Below, piece by piece: positions 52,614-61,968 of a stretch of DNA of 64,000 bases; positions within the stretch are counted from its first letter, which is position 1; every line of letters starts with the position of its first letter. The position numbers were made by a program, and so were the translations under genes. This DNA is from an uncultured bacterium (lineage in GTDB: Bacteria; Patescibacteriota; Microgenomatia; UBA1400; PJMF01), in contig CAUUGB010000001.1 of NCBI GenBank assembly GCA_963544615.1, forward strand, positions 10,388 through 74,387, in the 5' to 3' direction. The notes beneath the pieces are model-generated. The model saw only the letters and a list, made by a program, of their open reading frames with translations. It did not search any database and was not told the origin of the DNA.

Positions 52614-54740
52614 ATGTTTGCTAACTTTTTCAAACCCAAGCAAGCTATTGTTTGCGGGAGCACAGAGCGTTTTTTTTCGGTGGCAATTAGTGAAACCAAT
52701 GTTCAGGCTGCTTTGTGGCAAGTAGATCAAAATGTTAAAGTTTTAGCTAAATCTAATTTGAAGTCATACGAGAGTGAGCGTGATTTGCTAGTGCAACTGG
52801 ATGGTTGTTTGCAAGAATTGGGTGAAGAGGGTGAGGCGGTACACCAAACTCTTTTTCATTTAGATAGTGCTTTTGTTTCTGGGCAGGAGTTAAGCAAACA
52901 GCAAACTGAGTTTTTTACCCGGATTACCACGGCACTGCAATTAGAGTCACTGGGTTTTGTCACCAATACCGAAGCGGTAATTAATGCCCGCTTAGCGCTT
53001 AATCCTGAGTTTGGCAAACAGTTGGTGGTGGAGTTTACCAAAAGTAAAGTAGTGTTTTCTTTGTATGAACAAAAACGTCTCCTAGAAAGTTTAGCACAGG
53101 ACTTACAAACCGATTTTGCCGGTCAGCTTAAAGCCGCCCTAGTACAGTTGGCGGGACATTTGGGTGCTGATTATGCGAGTTGTTTTCAGCCGCCCCAAGA
53201 ACTCTCCCCAGAGGCAGATGAACCAGCGGCTTTATTTATTAATTACATTTCGCTGTCTTTAAGTAGTGAGGAATTGGGTAAAATTATTGCGCAATTACCC
53301 GAAGCCCTGCCAGCACGCAATGAAATTTTAGGCAGTGAGATTTTACTCAATTATATTTTATTGCCTTCAGCAACTATTATTTCTCGCTCTTTAGGTTTGC
53401 TGCCTAAAGATGAGGAAGAATTGGCTCCTGCCAGCGAGCCACCACTGGAGCGAGTGGAAACTCCAGAGGAACCCCCCTTAGTGCTGTCGCGGCAAAAGCT
53501 TGCTCAGGCTAATCAAGCAGTGGCACATGCAGGCGAAAATATGACTGCCAATGAGCCAGCTGCTGTTACTTTGGAGCCAGCTTTAGTCAAAAAAATCGCT
53601 ATTCTTGGGGTAATTTTGGGTGTGACTGTGGCAACTTTGCTAGGTTTTTATCTGTATTTACGTCGAGCTCGGGTGCAAGTAATTTTGGCACCCAAAACTT
53701 CGGTGTTGTCTAAGAGTTTAGAGGTGATAATTGACCCTAAGGCGAGTAAAGCCGATTATGAGAATTTTGTTTTGCCGGGGGAACTTAAAGAAGTTAGTGT
53801 CACTCACACGGTAGAATTAGCCACCACAGGTAAAAAAGATTTAGGTGATCCGGCTAAAGGTAAGGTAGAAATTATCAATACCAAAACAGAACAAGTGCAT
53901 TTGAAAAAGGGTTTAGAAATTGAAAATGGGGTCTTATCTTTTGCGCTAGATGAAGATGTTACTTTGGAGCCAGCTAAAAGAAAAGATGATAACAGTGGGA
54001 TTGATTTTAGCAAAAAAACTGTGGGGGTGACTGCTAACACCAAGGGCAAAGCTGGCAATAATATTAAAAAGGGCGCCTCATTGCGGGTGGGCTCTTATGC
54101 TAAAGAAGTTATTGAAGCGGTGGCCGTGGAAGATTTTTCTGGTGGAGTGGAAAAACTAGTGAGTGTTTATAGTAGCGATGATGAGAAAAAAGCTTTAGCT
54201 ACTTTAAACGAAGAGCTCCCTGCTCAAGTGAGTAAACAAATTAATCCCCGTGAAGGCAACAGCTATGTCACCCCGCAATTGGGTAAGATTAAAATTACCA
54301 AAACTAGTGCTTCTTTGAAAGTGGGTGATGAGGGTGAGACGGTCAAAGTAGAAGCGGTGGCAAAAGTACCGGTGATTGTTTATCAGTTGAGTGAATTAGA
54401 GCCCTTAGCCACTGCTTTTTTGGATAAAGAATTACAACCAGGCTGGGAATTTAATCAAAGTACTCCAGAAATTCTTTCGGGAGAAAACGCGGCTAAAACG
54501 GCTCAAGCTGAGGGAAAAATTTATTTAGATGTGGATTTGTCTCGTGGTGTAGTGCGGCAAATAGATAAAGATTTAATTTTGCACGAAATTTTGGGACAAA
54601 AATTAACCAAGGTCAATAATTACCTGCAAGCTAATGATGCTTTAAAAAGTTACCAGTTGATTTGGAGTAGTCAGTTAGCGGCTAAATTGTTAGGCAAGCT
54701 GCCAAACAGTGTTAATCAAGTGCAGCTTGACACACCATAA
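52614..54740 (+). CDS. Hypothetical bitopic membrane protein (708 aa) with a cytoplasmic N-domain, a central TM helix and a large extracytoplasmic C-domain.
   Basis: TM helix IAILGVILGVTVATLLGFYLYL near residue 325. No recognisable catalytic motifs. It lies upstream of the sortase gene. Confidence 0.5.
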   Translation: MFANFFKPKQAIVCGSTERFFSVAISETNVQAALWQVDQNVKVLAKSNLKSYESERDLLVQLDGCLQELGEEGEAVHQTLFHLDSAFVSGQELSKQQTEFFTRITTALQLESLGFVTNTEAVINARLALNPEFGKQLVVEFTKSKVVFSLYEQKRLLESLAQDLQTDFAGQLKAALVQLAGHLGADYASCFQPPQELSPEADEPAALFINYISLSLSSEELGKIIAQLPEALPARNEILGSEILLNYILLPSATIISRSLGLLPKDEEELAPASEPPLERVETPEEPPLVLSRQKLAQANQAVAHAGENMTANEPAAVTLEPALVKKIAILGVILGVTVATLLGFYLYLRRARVQVILAPKTSVLSKSLEVIIDPKASKADYENFVLPGELKEVSVTHTVELATTGKKDLGDPAKGKVEIINTKTEQVHLKKGLEIENGVLSFALDEDVTLEPAKRKDDNSGIDFSKKTVGVTANTKGKAGNNIKKGASLRVGSYAKEVIEAVAVEDFSGGVEKLVSVYSSDDEKKALATLNEELPAQVSKQINPREGNSYVTPQLGKIKITKTSASLKVGDEGETVKVEAVAKVPVIVYQLSELEPLATAFLDKELQPGWEFNQSTPEILSGENAAKTAQAEGKIYLDVDLSRGVVRQIDKDLILHEILGQKLTKVNNYLQANDALKSYQLIWSSQLAAKLLGKLPNSVNQVQLDTP

Positions 54741-54750
54741 ATTAGGGGGC

Positions 54751-55461
54751 ATGAAAATAGCGAGTTGGTTTTATGGGGGAGTGTTTTTATTAGGTTTAGT
54801 CATGATTGCGATTGGTAGCGCCCCTTTTGTGTGTGGCTGGTGGCATAATGCTTTTGAGGCAGGAGGTAGGGTTGTTTATCCACTTGATCTTAATGCCTAT
54901 TTACAAAAGTTAGCTAATACTCCCCAAATTATTGCTGATTTCTCCAGTGTCCAATTTTATCGTGAGCAATTGGTAGATTATGATAAAATTGAAAATTGGT
55001 TTGGTCATAAAGCAGTCACAGTCGCCAACAGTAGTGAAGAAAGTTATCTGTTAAATATTCCCAAATTAGAAATTGCTAATGCTTTAGTGCAAGTGGGTGG
55101 GGGTGATATTAATCACCATTTATTGCACTTTAATCCTGAAGTGAAAATCGGCGGTTTAGGGGCAGCGGTAATTTTTGGTCACTCGACTCTAAGACAGTTC
55201 TACAATCCTAAAGAATCAAATAAAAATCGCTATAAATCAATATTTTCTACTATTATGACTTTGCAAAATGGCGATGAAATTCGCCTCAACTTGGGAGAGA
55301 TTGTTTATGTTTATACTGTGGTGGGTAAAAAAGAAGTTCAGCCTGATGATGATGAAATTCTCTCTCAAGATTTAAGTAAGCGGCAAATTAAATTAATTAC
55401 TTGCGTACCTGAGGGTACTTTTTTACGTCGGGGGATTGTGACCGCAGAGCTCAAGCTATGA
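54751..55461 (+). CDS. Sortase (cysteine transpeptidase)
   Basis: N-terminal TM anchor. Conserved His (VIFGHSTL), active-site TLxTC-like IKLITCVPEG, and a downstream Arg (FLRRGIV). The RBS AGGGGG lies upstream. The ORF track starts at 54709 within the upstream gene; the ATG at 54751 is preferred. Confidence 0.7.
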   Translation: MKIASWFYGGVFLLGLVMIAIGSAPFVCGWWHNAFEAGGRVVYPLDLNAYLQKLANTPQIIADFSSVQFYREQLVDYDKIENWFGHKAVTVANSSEESYLLNIPKLEIANALVQVGGGDINHHLLHFNPEVKIGGLGAAVIFGHSTLRQFYNPKESNKNRYKSIFSTIMTLQNGDEIRLNLGEIVYVYTVVGKKEVQPDDDEILSQDLSKRQIKLITCVPEGTFLRRGIVTAELKL

Positions 55462-55835
55462 AAATTTTAGGTATTGATTACGGTCGCAAAAGAGTGGGGG
55501 TGGCAGTTTCTTGCGCTTGTTTAGCTGAGCCCTTACTAATTTTAGAAAACAATCCAGAGCTTTTTGCTCATTTGCAAGAAATTATTACCGCTCATCGGGT
55601 GCAAGAGCTAGTGGTGGGCATCAGCGAGGGGGAAATGGCGCAGGTTTCTTTAGAGTTTGCCACTAAATTGCAGCAGCAAACTGGCTTGAGAGTCCATTTG
55701 GTTGATGAAACTCTCAGCACCCACCAAGTGCGTGAATACTTGAGGCAATTGCCGGCAAAAAAAAGGCGCGGACGCATTGACCACTATGCTGCGGCGGTAA
55801 TTTTACAAAACTATTTGGACGATTTATTCATTTGA
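55458..55835 (+). CDS. ruvX: Putative pre-16S rRNA nuclease / Holliday junction resolvase-like YqgF
   Basis: MKILGIDYGRKRVGVAVS N-terminal motif with RNase H-like fold residues. The length is 125 aa. Confidence 0.8.
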   Translation: MKILGIDYGRKRVGVAVSCACLAEPLLILENNPELFAHLQEIITAHRVQELVVGISEGEMAQVSLEFATKLQQQTGLRVHLVDETLSTHQVREYLRQLPAKKRRGRIDHYAAAVILQNYLDDLFI

Positions 55836-56185
55836 ATGGCTTTGCCCACGCGTATCATTCCCAGAGTCACTAAAGTCCAACCGCTTAAATACAGTAGCAG
55901 TGGTAATAAGTGATAAAAGCCTACCTTTACCAACCACTGCGTGCGGTAGTAACTCCCAGTAGTAAAAAGCACATCGGCGGTTTGTTCGGCTAAATTGTCT
56001 ACAATGTGTTTTTGATATTCAAAATGTAAAATTAACAACAAAAAGCCAACGAAAAAAAACACCATGGTGCGACTAGGTTTTTTGATTAAAAAAACCAAGC
56101 TAACTGCTGTCATCACACTAAAGCCCAGCACTTGGTAGTTATGTAAAAAAGTAAAATATAGCAGTTTGGCAAAATTAACTATCAT
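55811..56185 (-). CDS. Small polytopic membrane protein, hypothetical
   Basis: 124 aa with 3-4 TM helices. Confidence 0.4.
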   Translation of the reverse strand: MIVNFAKLLYFTFLHNYQVLGFSVMTAVSLVFLIKKPSRTMVFFFVGFLLLILHFEYQKHIVDNLAEQTADVLFTTGSYYRTQWLVKVGFYHLLPLLLYLSGWTLVTLGMIRVGKAIQMNKSSK

Positions 56186-56996
56186 GATATTTTTTTCTTT
56201 TGCCTCTTTTGCCGTAAGGTTGCTGTTTGAATTTAATTAAAATTGCGGTCAAAATGATGCCAGCAGCCAACATGAGAGGCAAATATTTTAGTTCTCCACC
56301 AGTTATAGTAGTCGCGGGAGGAGCATTGCCACTCACCACCTCGCCTGCTAAAACTAATTCCCCAGTATTACTATTATACCTTGAGAGTTGCGGCAGGGAA
56401 CTTTGATGAGTGTGAGGTTGGGCATAAAAGCAGACAATCAGCACTATGGGTTGTTTCCCAATCATCCCCTCCACCACACCTACTCCTAATTGCGAAAAAT
56501 TACCGTTGAGAATATTAGCGCGGTGAGTGGGGCTAGCCATCCAGGCTGCCACTAAATCTTTTTCGTTAGTAAAATCACGAGCCAAATTTTCTCCGGCAGA
56601 GAGATAAAAATAATTCTGTTGCTGAATAAATTGCCAAGGTTCCACCCCATCGGGAGAAACATGCGCCCAGTAATTATGTTCCAGCATAAACTTACCTTTA
56701 TCAAGTGCAGCTTGAGTCAGTTGTTCTTGAGGAGTGAGAGCCCCTAAAGCATGTTTGGCGCGCTCAAGGTTGAGCAAATTGACAATAGTGTTAGTATCCA
56801 GATGAGTGGTGGTGGTAATTCCCAAAACTTGTGGTGGGGTGAGCGTTTGCCACCATTTACCAGCAGAATAACCAGAGATAAGTAAAACTAACATTGCTAA
56901 AATAATTTTGCCGCCAATACTGGCACTGCAAAACATTTTATTATTTTTGCCAGAGCTAATAATTTGCCACCAATGATTTTCCGACGCTATCACCAC
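56175..56996 (-). CDS. Secreted/membrane-tethered CAP-domain protein (SCP/PR-1/YkwD-like) with a C-terminal TM helix and basic tail.
   Basis: CAP-domain motifs (HNYWAHVSPDG, GENLA, ASPTHRANIL). N-terminal signal/TM (the start may be the internal ATG at 56936). C-terminal LPLMLAAGIILTAILI + KRGKRKK. Confidence 0.65.
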   Translation of the reverse strand: MVIASENHWWQIISSGKNNKMFCSASIGGKIILAMLVLLISGYSAGKWWQTLTPPQVLGITTTTHLDTNTIVNLLNLERAKHALGALTPQEQLTQAALDKGKFMLEHNYWAHVSPDGVEPWQFIQQQNYFYLSAGENLARDFTNEKDLVAAWMASPTHRANILNGNFSQLGVGVVEGMIGKQPIVLIVCFYAQPHTHQSSLPQLSRYNSNTGELVLAGEVVSGNAPPATTITGGELKYLPLMLAAGIILTAILIKFKQQPYGKRGKRKKYHDS

Positions 56997-57147
56997 CTCA
57001 TTAAAACACCCCCCAGTGCAAAAGTCAATTATTTGCAGGGTGTTGGAGTTGACTGAGTGCTAAAGCTGTGGGTGATAAGCTAATGGTTTAAGTGACTTAA
57101 TTCACTGGGTTTTTTGGGTAACCATAGCTTTTTTAGCCTGGTAGCGC

Positions 57148-57176
57148 TTGACAAAAATGTTAGCTGTAACTATAAT
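57148..57176 (+). promoter_or_regulatory. Consensus sigma-70 promoter upstream of rny
   Basis: -35 TTGACA, 17-nt spacer, -10 TATAAT. This would give a roughly 150-nt leader. Confidence 0.55.
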
Positions 57177-57302
57177 AAATCCCATTAGAGAAGTTACTGT
57201 CTTATTAATTAATTATGAAATTTTCACCTCAGTTACCATTTTGCTCTTTTAGCAAATGGGGAAATTTTTTTCTCCTGAAATAATTTGTGGGGCAAGTAGC
57301 TT

Positions 57303-57330
57303 CTCTTTCTATAATTTAGTATAGAAAGAG
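57303..57330 (+). promoter_or_regulatory. Perfect 11-bp inverted repeat overlapping the rny ribosome-binding site
   Basis: CTCTTTCTATA-atttag-TATAGAAAGAG ends 3 nt before the ATG. The right arm contains the SD-like GAAAGAG. Confidence 0.5.
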
Positions 57331-57333
57331 TAT

Positions 57334-58920
57334 ATGGCATTTTTTAATAATCTCTCTTCGCTTTTTAATGCTAAAGCGCGACAACAGCGCGGTGGCAAGG
57401 CTGCTATTGGCAGTAAAGCACCCGCCAATTTACCTCCTAGTAAATTAGTTAAGCAGCGCCAAGTTGCCACTCCATCAACTAAACAGGTGGCAACTCATTC
57501 AGGAGCTAATTTTGACAATCTTAAGCGAGTGGCTCAAGCACAAGCTAAAGAAATTGTGGTAGAAGCCAAAGCTCAAGCCCTTAATATTCGCACTCAAGCA
57601 GAAGCTCATGCTAGTCAGGTTTTAAAACAAGCTGAAGAGCAACAGCGCCTGATTGCCCAAAAACTTGATCGAATTGATTTGCGCCTGGAGCAAATGGATC
57701 AAAAAGAAGCTAATTTGGAGCGAGAAAAAAATCATTTGCAAGATTTGCAAGTGCAAGTAGAGCAAACTAAACAAAAAGTTCTAGCCCGGTTAGAAGAATT
57801 GGCAGGTATGACTAAAGATGAAGCACGCGAGTATTTACTGGAGCAAACCAAGCGTCGAGCCATCAAAGATATGGCACAGATTGTGCGACAAAAAACTGAG
57901 GAGATGAAAGCTGAGGCGGATAGTCAAGCTAAAGAAATTTTAATTGAAGCGATGAAATATGGGGCCACCGACTATGTGGCAGAGTACACCATGTCGACAG
58001 TCACTTTGCCCAGTGAAGATGCTAAAGGCAAAATTATTGGCAAAAGTGGCCGCAACATTCATGCCTTTGAAAAGATTACCGGGGTAGATGTAGATTTAGA
58101 TGTTTCCCCCACGGAAGTTAAGCTGTCTTGTTTTGATCCAGTGCGGCGCGAAATTGCCAAAATTTCTTTAGAGCGTTTAATTAAAGACGGCAGAGTGCAA
58201 CCAGCTAAAATTGAAGAAATTGTGGCTAAAACTAAAACTGAATTAGACAAAGTGATGTTTGAAGAAGGCAAAAACTTATGTCATGCAGTGGGTGTTTATA
58301 ATTTGCCTAATGAGTTAATGCAACTTTTAGGCAGATTTAAGTATCGCTTTTCTTATGGACAAAATTTAATTATGCACACTTTAGAAGAAACTCGCATTGG
58401 GATTAAAATTGCTCACGAGTTAGGACTAAATGTGAATGTGGTGAAGTTGGGGTGTTTATTGCACGATATTGGCAAAGTGAGTGATGAAGTTGACGGTTCT
58501 CACGTGGAGTTGGGGGTAAAAATTGCCAAAAAATATAATTTACCTCAGCCAGTTATTGACGCGATTGCCCAACACCATGAAGATGAACCATTTACCGGTC
58601 CGGAACAAGTAGCAGTTTTTATTGCTGACGCTATTTCTGGAGCCAGACCTGGAGCGCGTTATGAAAACTATGATGAATATGTACAGCGGTTGCAAAAGTT
58701 AGAAAAAATTGCTACCTCTCACGGCGAAGTTGCTAAAGCATATGCAGTGGCAGCTGGTCGTGAAGTGCGGGTAATTTTAGAACCAGCATCATCTAAAGAC
58801 GATGACGTTTTGGTGTTAGCTGAGCGAATTCGCGATGAAATTAAAGAGCAATTAACCTATCCCGGTACAGTGACCGTGACAGTGATTAGAGAAACTCGCT
58901 CTCAAGCAGTAGCTAAATAA
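57334..58920 (+). CDS. rny: Ribonuclease Y
   Basis: Coiled-coil N-region. KH domain (IIGKSGRNIHAFEKITGVDV). HD domain (LLHDIGK...HHE). There is no N-terminal TM helix in the called ORF. Confidence 0.85.
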   Translation: MAFFNNLSSLFNAKARQQRGGKAAIGSKAPANLPPSKLVKQRQVATPSTKQVATHSGANFDNLKRVAQAQAKEIVVEAKAQALNIRTQAEAHASQVLKQAEEQQRLIAQKLDRIDLRLEQMDQKEANLEREKNHLQDLQVQVEQTKQKVLARLEELAGMTKDEAREYLLEQTKRRAIKDMAQIVRQKTEEMKAEADSQAKEILIEAMKYGATDYVAEYTMSTVTLPSEDAKGKIIGKSGRNIHAFEKITGVDVDLDVSPTEVKLSCFDPVRREIAKISLERLIKDGRVQPAKIEEIVAKTKTELDKVMFEEGKNLCHAVGVYNLPNELMQLLGRFKYRFSYGQNLIMHTLEETRIGIKIAHELGLNVNVVKLGCLLHDIGKVSDEVDGSHVELGVKIAKKYNLPQPVIDAIAQHHEDEPFTGPEQVAVFIADAISGARPGARYENYDEYVQRLQKLEKIATSHGEVAKAYAVAAGREVRVILEPASSKDDDVLVLAERIRDEIKEQLTYPGTVTVTVIRETRSQAVAK

Positions 58921-58981
58921 ACTCAGTTGCTTGGTCTTTTAAATTGTGGGGGAGTGTTTGGTGCGCTTATTGATGAGTGGT

Positions 58982-60241
58982 TTACTTGGTAAACAGGCGC
59001 ATGGAATTAATCATGCCTAGCGAGTAACGAGAGCTAAAGTCCAAATCAGCCCCATACCAAGGGTCATGCATTTTATAGTGGCCATCCTCGCCACTAATAA
59101 TGACTACAAAGTGACCACCATAGCCATTTTTAACCGATACATGCACAATTACTGGTCTACCCTCACGGAGCTCTTTGTCTAGGGTGTCTTTGTTAAAGTA
59201 GTCTTGTCTTTTATAGGTATAACCACTGGGAGAGGGGGGCGTGAGCATAAAAGCGGTGTTAGCAAAAAAGTGGCTGCGATTTTTGGCAAAACTACTGGGA
59301 TCCATGCTGGAGCCATATTTTTTATGCACCATGGTGACTGCAGAAATATAACAGCCCACTTTACCAATGGTCATATTGGAACCACCAATATATTGCTTAC
59401 ACCAGCGCGGATCACGTTGGGAAAAAAACCACCCATTTTCCCCATTACCCGGAGAACTATCTAGGCATGAACCGCCACCGGCAGTGGCAGCAAAGCGCAA
59501 AAATGAATCGGCTTCTTTTTTAGCTTCTTCAATTAATCTTTGAAACTCTTTTTCTTTATTTTGTGTCTGCTTGAGCAGAAGAGCTTTTTGCTCTTTTTGC
59601 TGTTCTAAATCTGTTTGCTGTTTTTTGAGTTGTTGGGTTTTTTTCTCTAGTTCTTCTTGTTGTTTTTCCCTTTGTTTTTTTTGATCATCATAATTTTGTT
59701 TGTCTTGAGCAGCTTTGAAAAGTAGTTTGGAGGTTTGCAGACTTACTACTTCTTCGCGTTGTTTCTGATGCATGCCAGAGGTAAAACTCTCGCTTTGCAA
59801 AAACATTTCCAAATCAGAAAGATGTTGGGTTTTGTAGGAAGAAACTACTAATTGAGTTAATAGTTCTGCCAAGTGTTGCATTGATTTATCTAGATTTTCA
59901 ATGCGACTACTTAAAATTTCTGCTTCTTTGCTCGCCCGCACAATTTCTAAGCGGGTTTTTTCAATTTGTGCTTCGTGGTAGGCAATGCGATTATCAATAA
60001 TTTTCAGTTCGCTGGAGAGAGTCTTTTTTTCCTCTCCTTTTTCTGCTAGCTTAGCTTCTAAGCAAGCCACTTTTTTATTGACACATTCTAGTCGCTCGCC
60101 ATCATCTTTAATACTCGCGCAAGCAAATTCTTGGCAGTCTTGAGCATAAATAGTTACTGGTAGCCAACATAAAAAACACCCGCCCAAAACCAAGAGCCAA
60201 ACTACTTTAAGCTTACCAAGGGAGCAAAAGTCATTAAGCAT
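58982..60241 (-). CDS. Secreted coiled-coil protein with a C-terminal C39-like/CHAP-like cysteine peptidase domain (a PcsB-like candidate effector of FtsEX).
   Basis: Signal peptide, about 230 aa of coiled coil, then a domain with DPRWCKQY, catalytic-type Cys (GKVGCYISAV) and His (GYGGHFVVI). It lies directly downstream of ftsE-ftsX on the same strand. Confidence 0.6.
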   Translation of the reverse strand: MLNDFCSLGKLKVVWLLVLGGCFLCWLPVTIYAQDCQEFACASIKDDGERLECVNKKVACLEAKLAEKGEEKKTLSSELKIIDNRIAYHEAQIEKTRLEIVRASKEAEILSSRIENLDKSMQHLAELLTQLVVSSYKTQHLSDLEMFLQSESFTSGMHQKQREEVVSLQTSKLLFKAAQDKQNYDDQKKQREKQQEELEKKTQQLKKQQTDLEQQKEQKALLLKQTQNKEKEFQRLIEEAKKEADSFLRFAATAGGGSCLDSSPGNGENGWFFSQRDPRWCKQYIGGSNMTIGKVGCYISAVTMVHKKYGSSMDPSSFAKNRSHFFANTAFMLTPPSPSGYTYKRQDYFNKDTLDKELREGRPVIVHVSVKNGYGGHFVVIISGEDGHYKMHDPWYGADLDFSSRYSLGMINSMRLFTK

Positions 60242-60249
60242 GATTAAGT

Positions 60250-61119
60250 TTATTTTTTAATTAATCTCGATACTGCCACCCAAGCAGAAAAAGAAGCTAA
60301 ACAAGCAGCAGTAAGAATTCCCACCCCAGCTTGAATAAGTAAAAATTCTCCCGAAAGTGGCAAGACTTTAATCTCTCCCAAGAAACTATTAATTTGGGGT
60401 TGAAAATAATAAAGTCCGCCATGGACAATGGCAAAAGAGAGTAAACTGCCAAAACAGCCCAGCCACATGCTTTCTCTAATAAATACTCCCCTAATAGTGC
60501 TTCTGGGAGTTCCCAGCAAACTCATAATGTTAATGTTGCGTCTTCTGTTGGCAACTTTCATGCTGGTAATCACCATAATCACTAGGACAAATTGTCCCGT
60601 GAATAAACCACACACCAACAAGCCGGCATTGCGAATCATTGCTGTCCAATGTAGAAAAGCACTCACCGCGTCTTCACGATAATCAATTTTATCAATATCA
60701 GCAATTTTATTTAATTGCTCGCGAATTTTTTCTAACCCTTGCGGCGAGGTAGCAGTAATACTTAAACTGGCGGGGAAAAGTTCGGCAGTGAGTAATTCCA
60801 GCAGTAATGGCTCGTCTTTGTTTTCACTTTTGTAAATCTCAAAAGCTTCATTTTTAGTAGTGACTACCACCTCATCTACATAAGCTAGCTGTTTAATTGT
60901 GGCCGCGGCACTCGCTGCTTGTTCATCGCTAACTTTGGTGGCAAAAAAAACCAAAATGGGTGGGCGAGTTTCAAAATAAGTAATTACTTGGTGACCTACA
61001 TAAACTAAAGTAGAAAATAAATAAATAACTAAAAAAGTAGTAATCACCACTAACAGGGCGGTAAAGCTCTGGTATGGGGTACGGCGCAAATTAGTCCAGC
61101 TAGAAAAAACATTATTCAT
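60250..61119 (-). CDS. ftsX: Cell division ABC-transporter permease-like protein FtsX
   Basis: Topology is TM1, a large extracellular loop, then three C-terminal TM helices. It is adjacent to ftsE. Confidence 0.8.
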   Translation of the reverse strand: MNNVFSSWTNLRRTPYQSFTALLVVITTFLVIYLFSTLVYVGHQVITYFETRPPILVFFATKVSDEQAASAAATIKQLAYVDEVVVTTKNEAFEIYKSENKDEPLLLELLTAELFPASLSITATSPQGLEKIREQLNKIADIDKIDYREDAVSAFLHWTAMIRNAGLLVCGLFTGQFVLVIMVITSMKVANRRRNINIMSLLGTPRSTIRGVFIRESMWLGCFGSLLSFAIVHGGLYYFQPQINSFLGEIKVLPLSGEFLLIQAGVGILTAACLASFSAWVAVSRLIKK

Positions 61120-61933
61120 GATGACTTTCTTGATTATCTCTCGCTGACTTGGGGGTTGATTTCTTTTTGTTATCTACTGGTTTGGAATTGGCAGCGGTTT
61201 TTCTGTTTTCAGCGCCAGACTCGCTTTTGATGTTTTTGTTTTTAGGTGGAGTTTTTTTGCTGGGGGCTTGATCGGCAATGAGCTCACCTTGTTCTAAAAC
61301 TAAATGACGGGCATTAGCTACTAGAGGAATTATCTCTAAATTATGAGTAGCGACAATCACAGTTGTCCCATAGTGATTAATGTTGCCGAGTAAAGAAATA
61401 ATTGTTTGGCTGTTTTCGGCATCTAAATTACCAGTGGGTTCGTCGGCAAAAATTACTTTGGGGGCAATTGCTAAGGCACGGGAGAGCCCCACCCTTTGCG
61501 CTTCACCACCAGAAAGTTGGGCGGGAAATTTATTTTCCAAGCCTGCCAATTTGAGGAGTTTCACTAGCTCGTTAATACGTTTGCTAATTTCACTTTTAGG
61601 CAGCTTAGCAATTTGCATGGGTAAGGCAATGTTTTCCCAGACAGTTAAATCATCAAGTAGTTGATAATCTTGAAATACTACCCCTACTTTTTGGCGGTGC
61701 TTGGCTACTTTTCGTGGTGAAAGCAAACTTAAATTATCTCCCAAAAACTCCACCGTGCCCACTGTGGGCAGCAGTTCCCGCAACAGTAAACGCAGTAAAG
61801 TAGTTTTACCACAGCCAGAGTGACCGGTAATAAAAACAAATTCCCCCTCATCAATGGTTAAAGAAATGTTTTTTAAGGCTGGTTTATTGGTGCAACCAAA
61901 GTGGTGAGAAACATTGTTAAACCTAATCATCAA
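61112..61933 (-). CDS. ftsE: Cell division ATP-binding protein FtsE with a roughly 50-aa basic low-complexity C-terminal extension
   Basis: Walker A GHSGCGKTT, ABC signature LSGGEAQRV, Walker B VIFADEPTGNLD. The C-terminal Lys/Pro/Ser-rich tail is atypical. Confidence 0.85.
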   Translation of the reverse strand: MMIRFNNVSHHFGCTNKPALKNISLTIDEGEFVFITGHSGCGKTTLLRLLLRELLPTVGTVEFLGDNLSLLSPRKVAKHRQKVGVVFQDYQLLDDLTVWENIALPMQIAKLPKSEISKRINELVKLLKLAGLENKFPAQLSGGEAQRVGLSRALAIAPKVIFADEPTGNLDAENSQTIISLLGNINHYGTTVIVATHNLEIIPLVANARHLVLEQGELIADQAPSKKTPPKNKNIKSESGAENRKTAANSKPVDNKKKSTPKSARDNQESHHE

Positions 61934-61968
61934 TCATAAGTTTACGCAAAAAAATATCGCTTGTCAAG

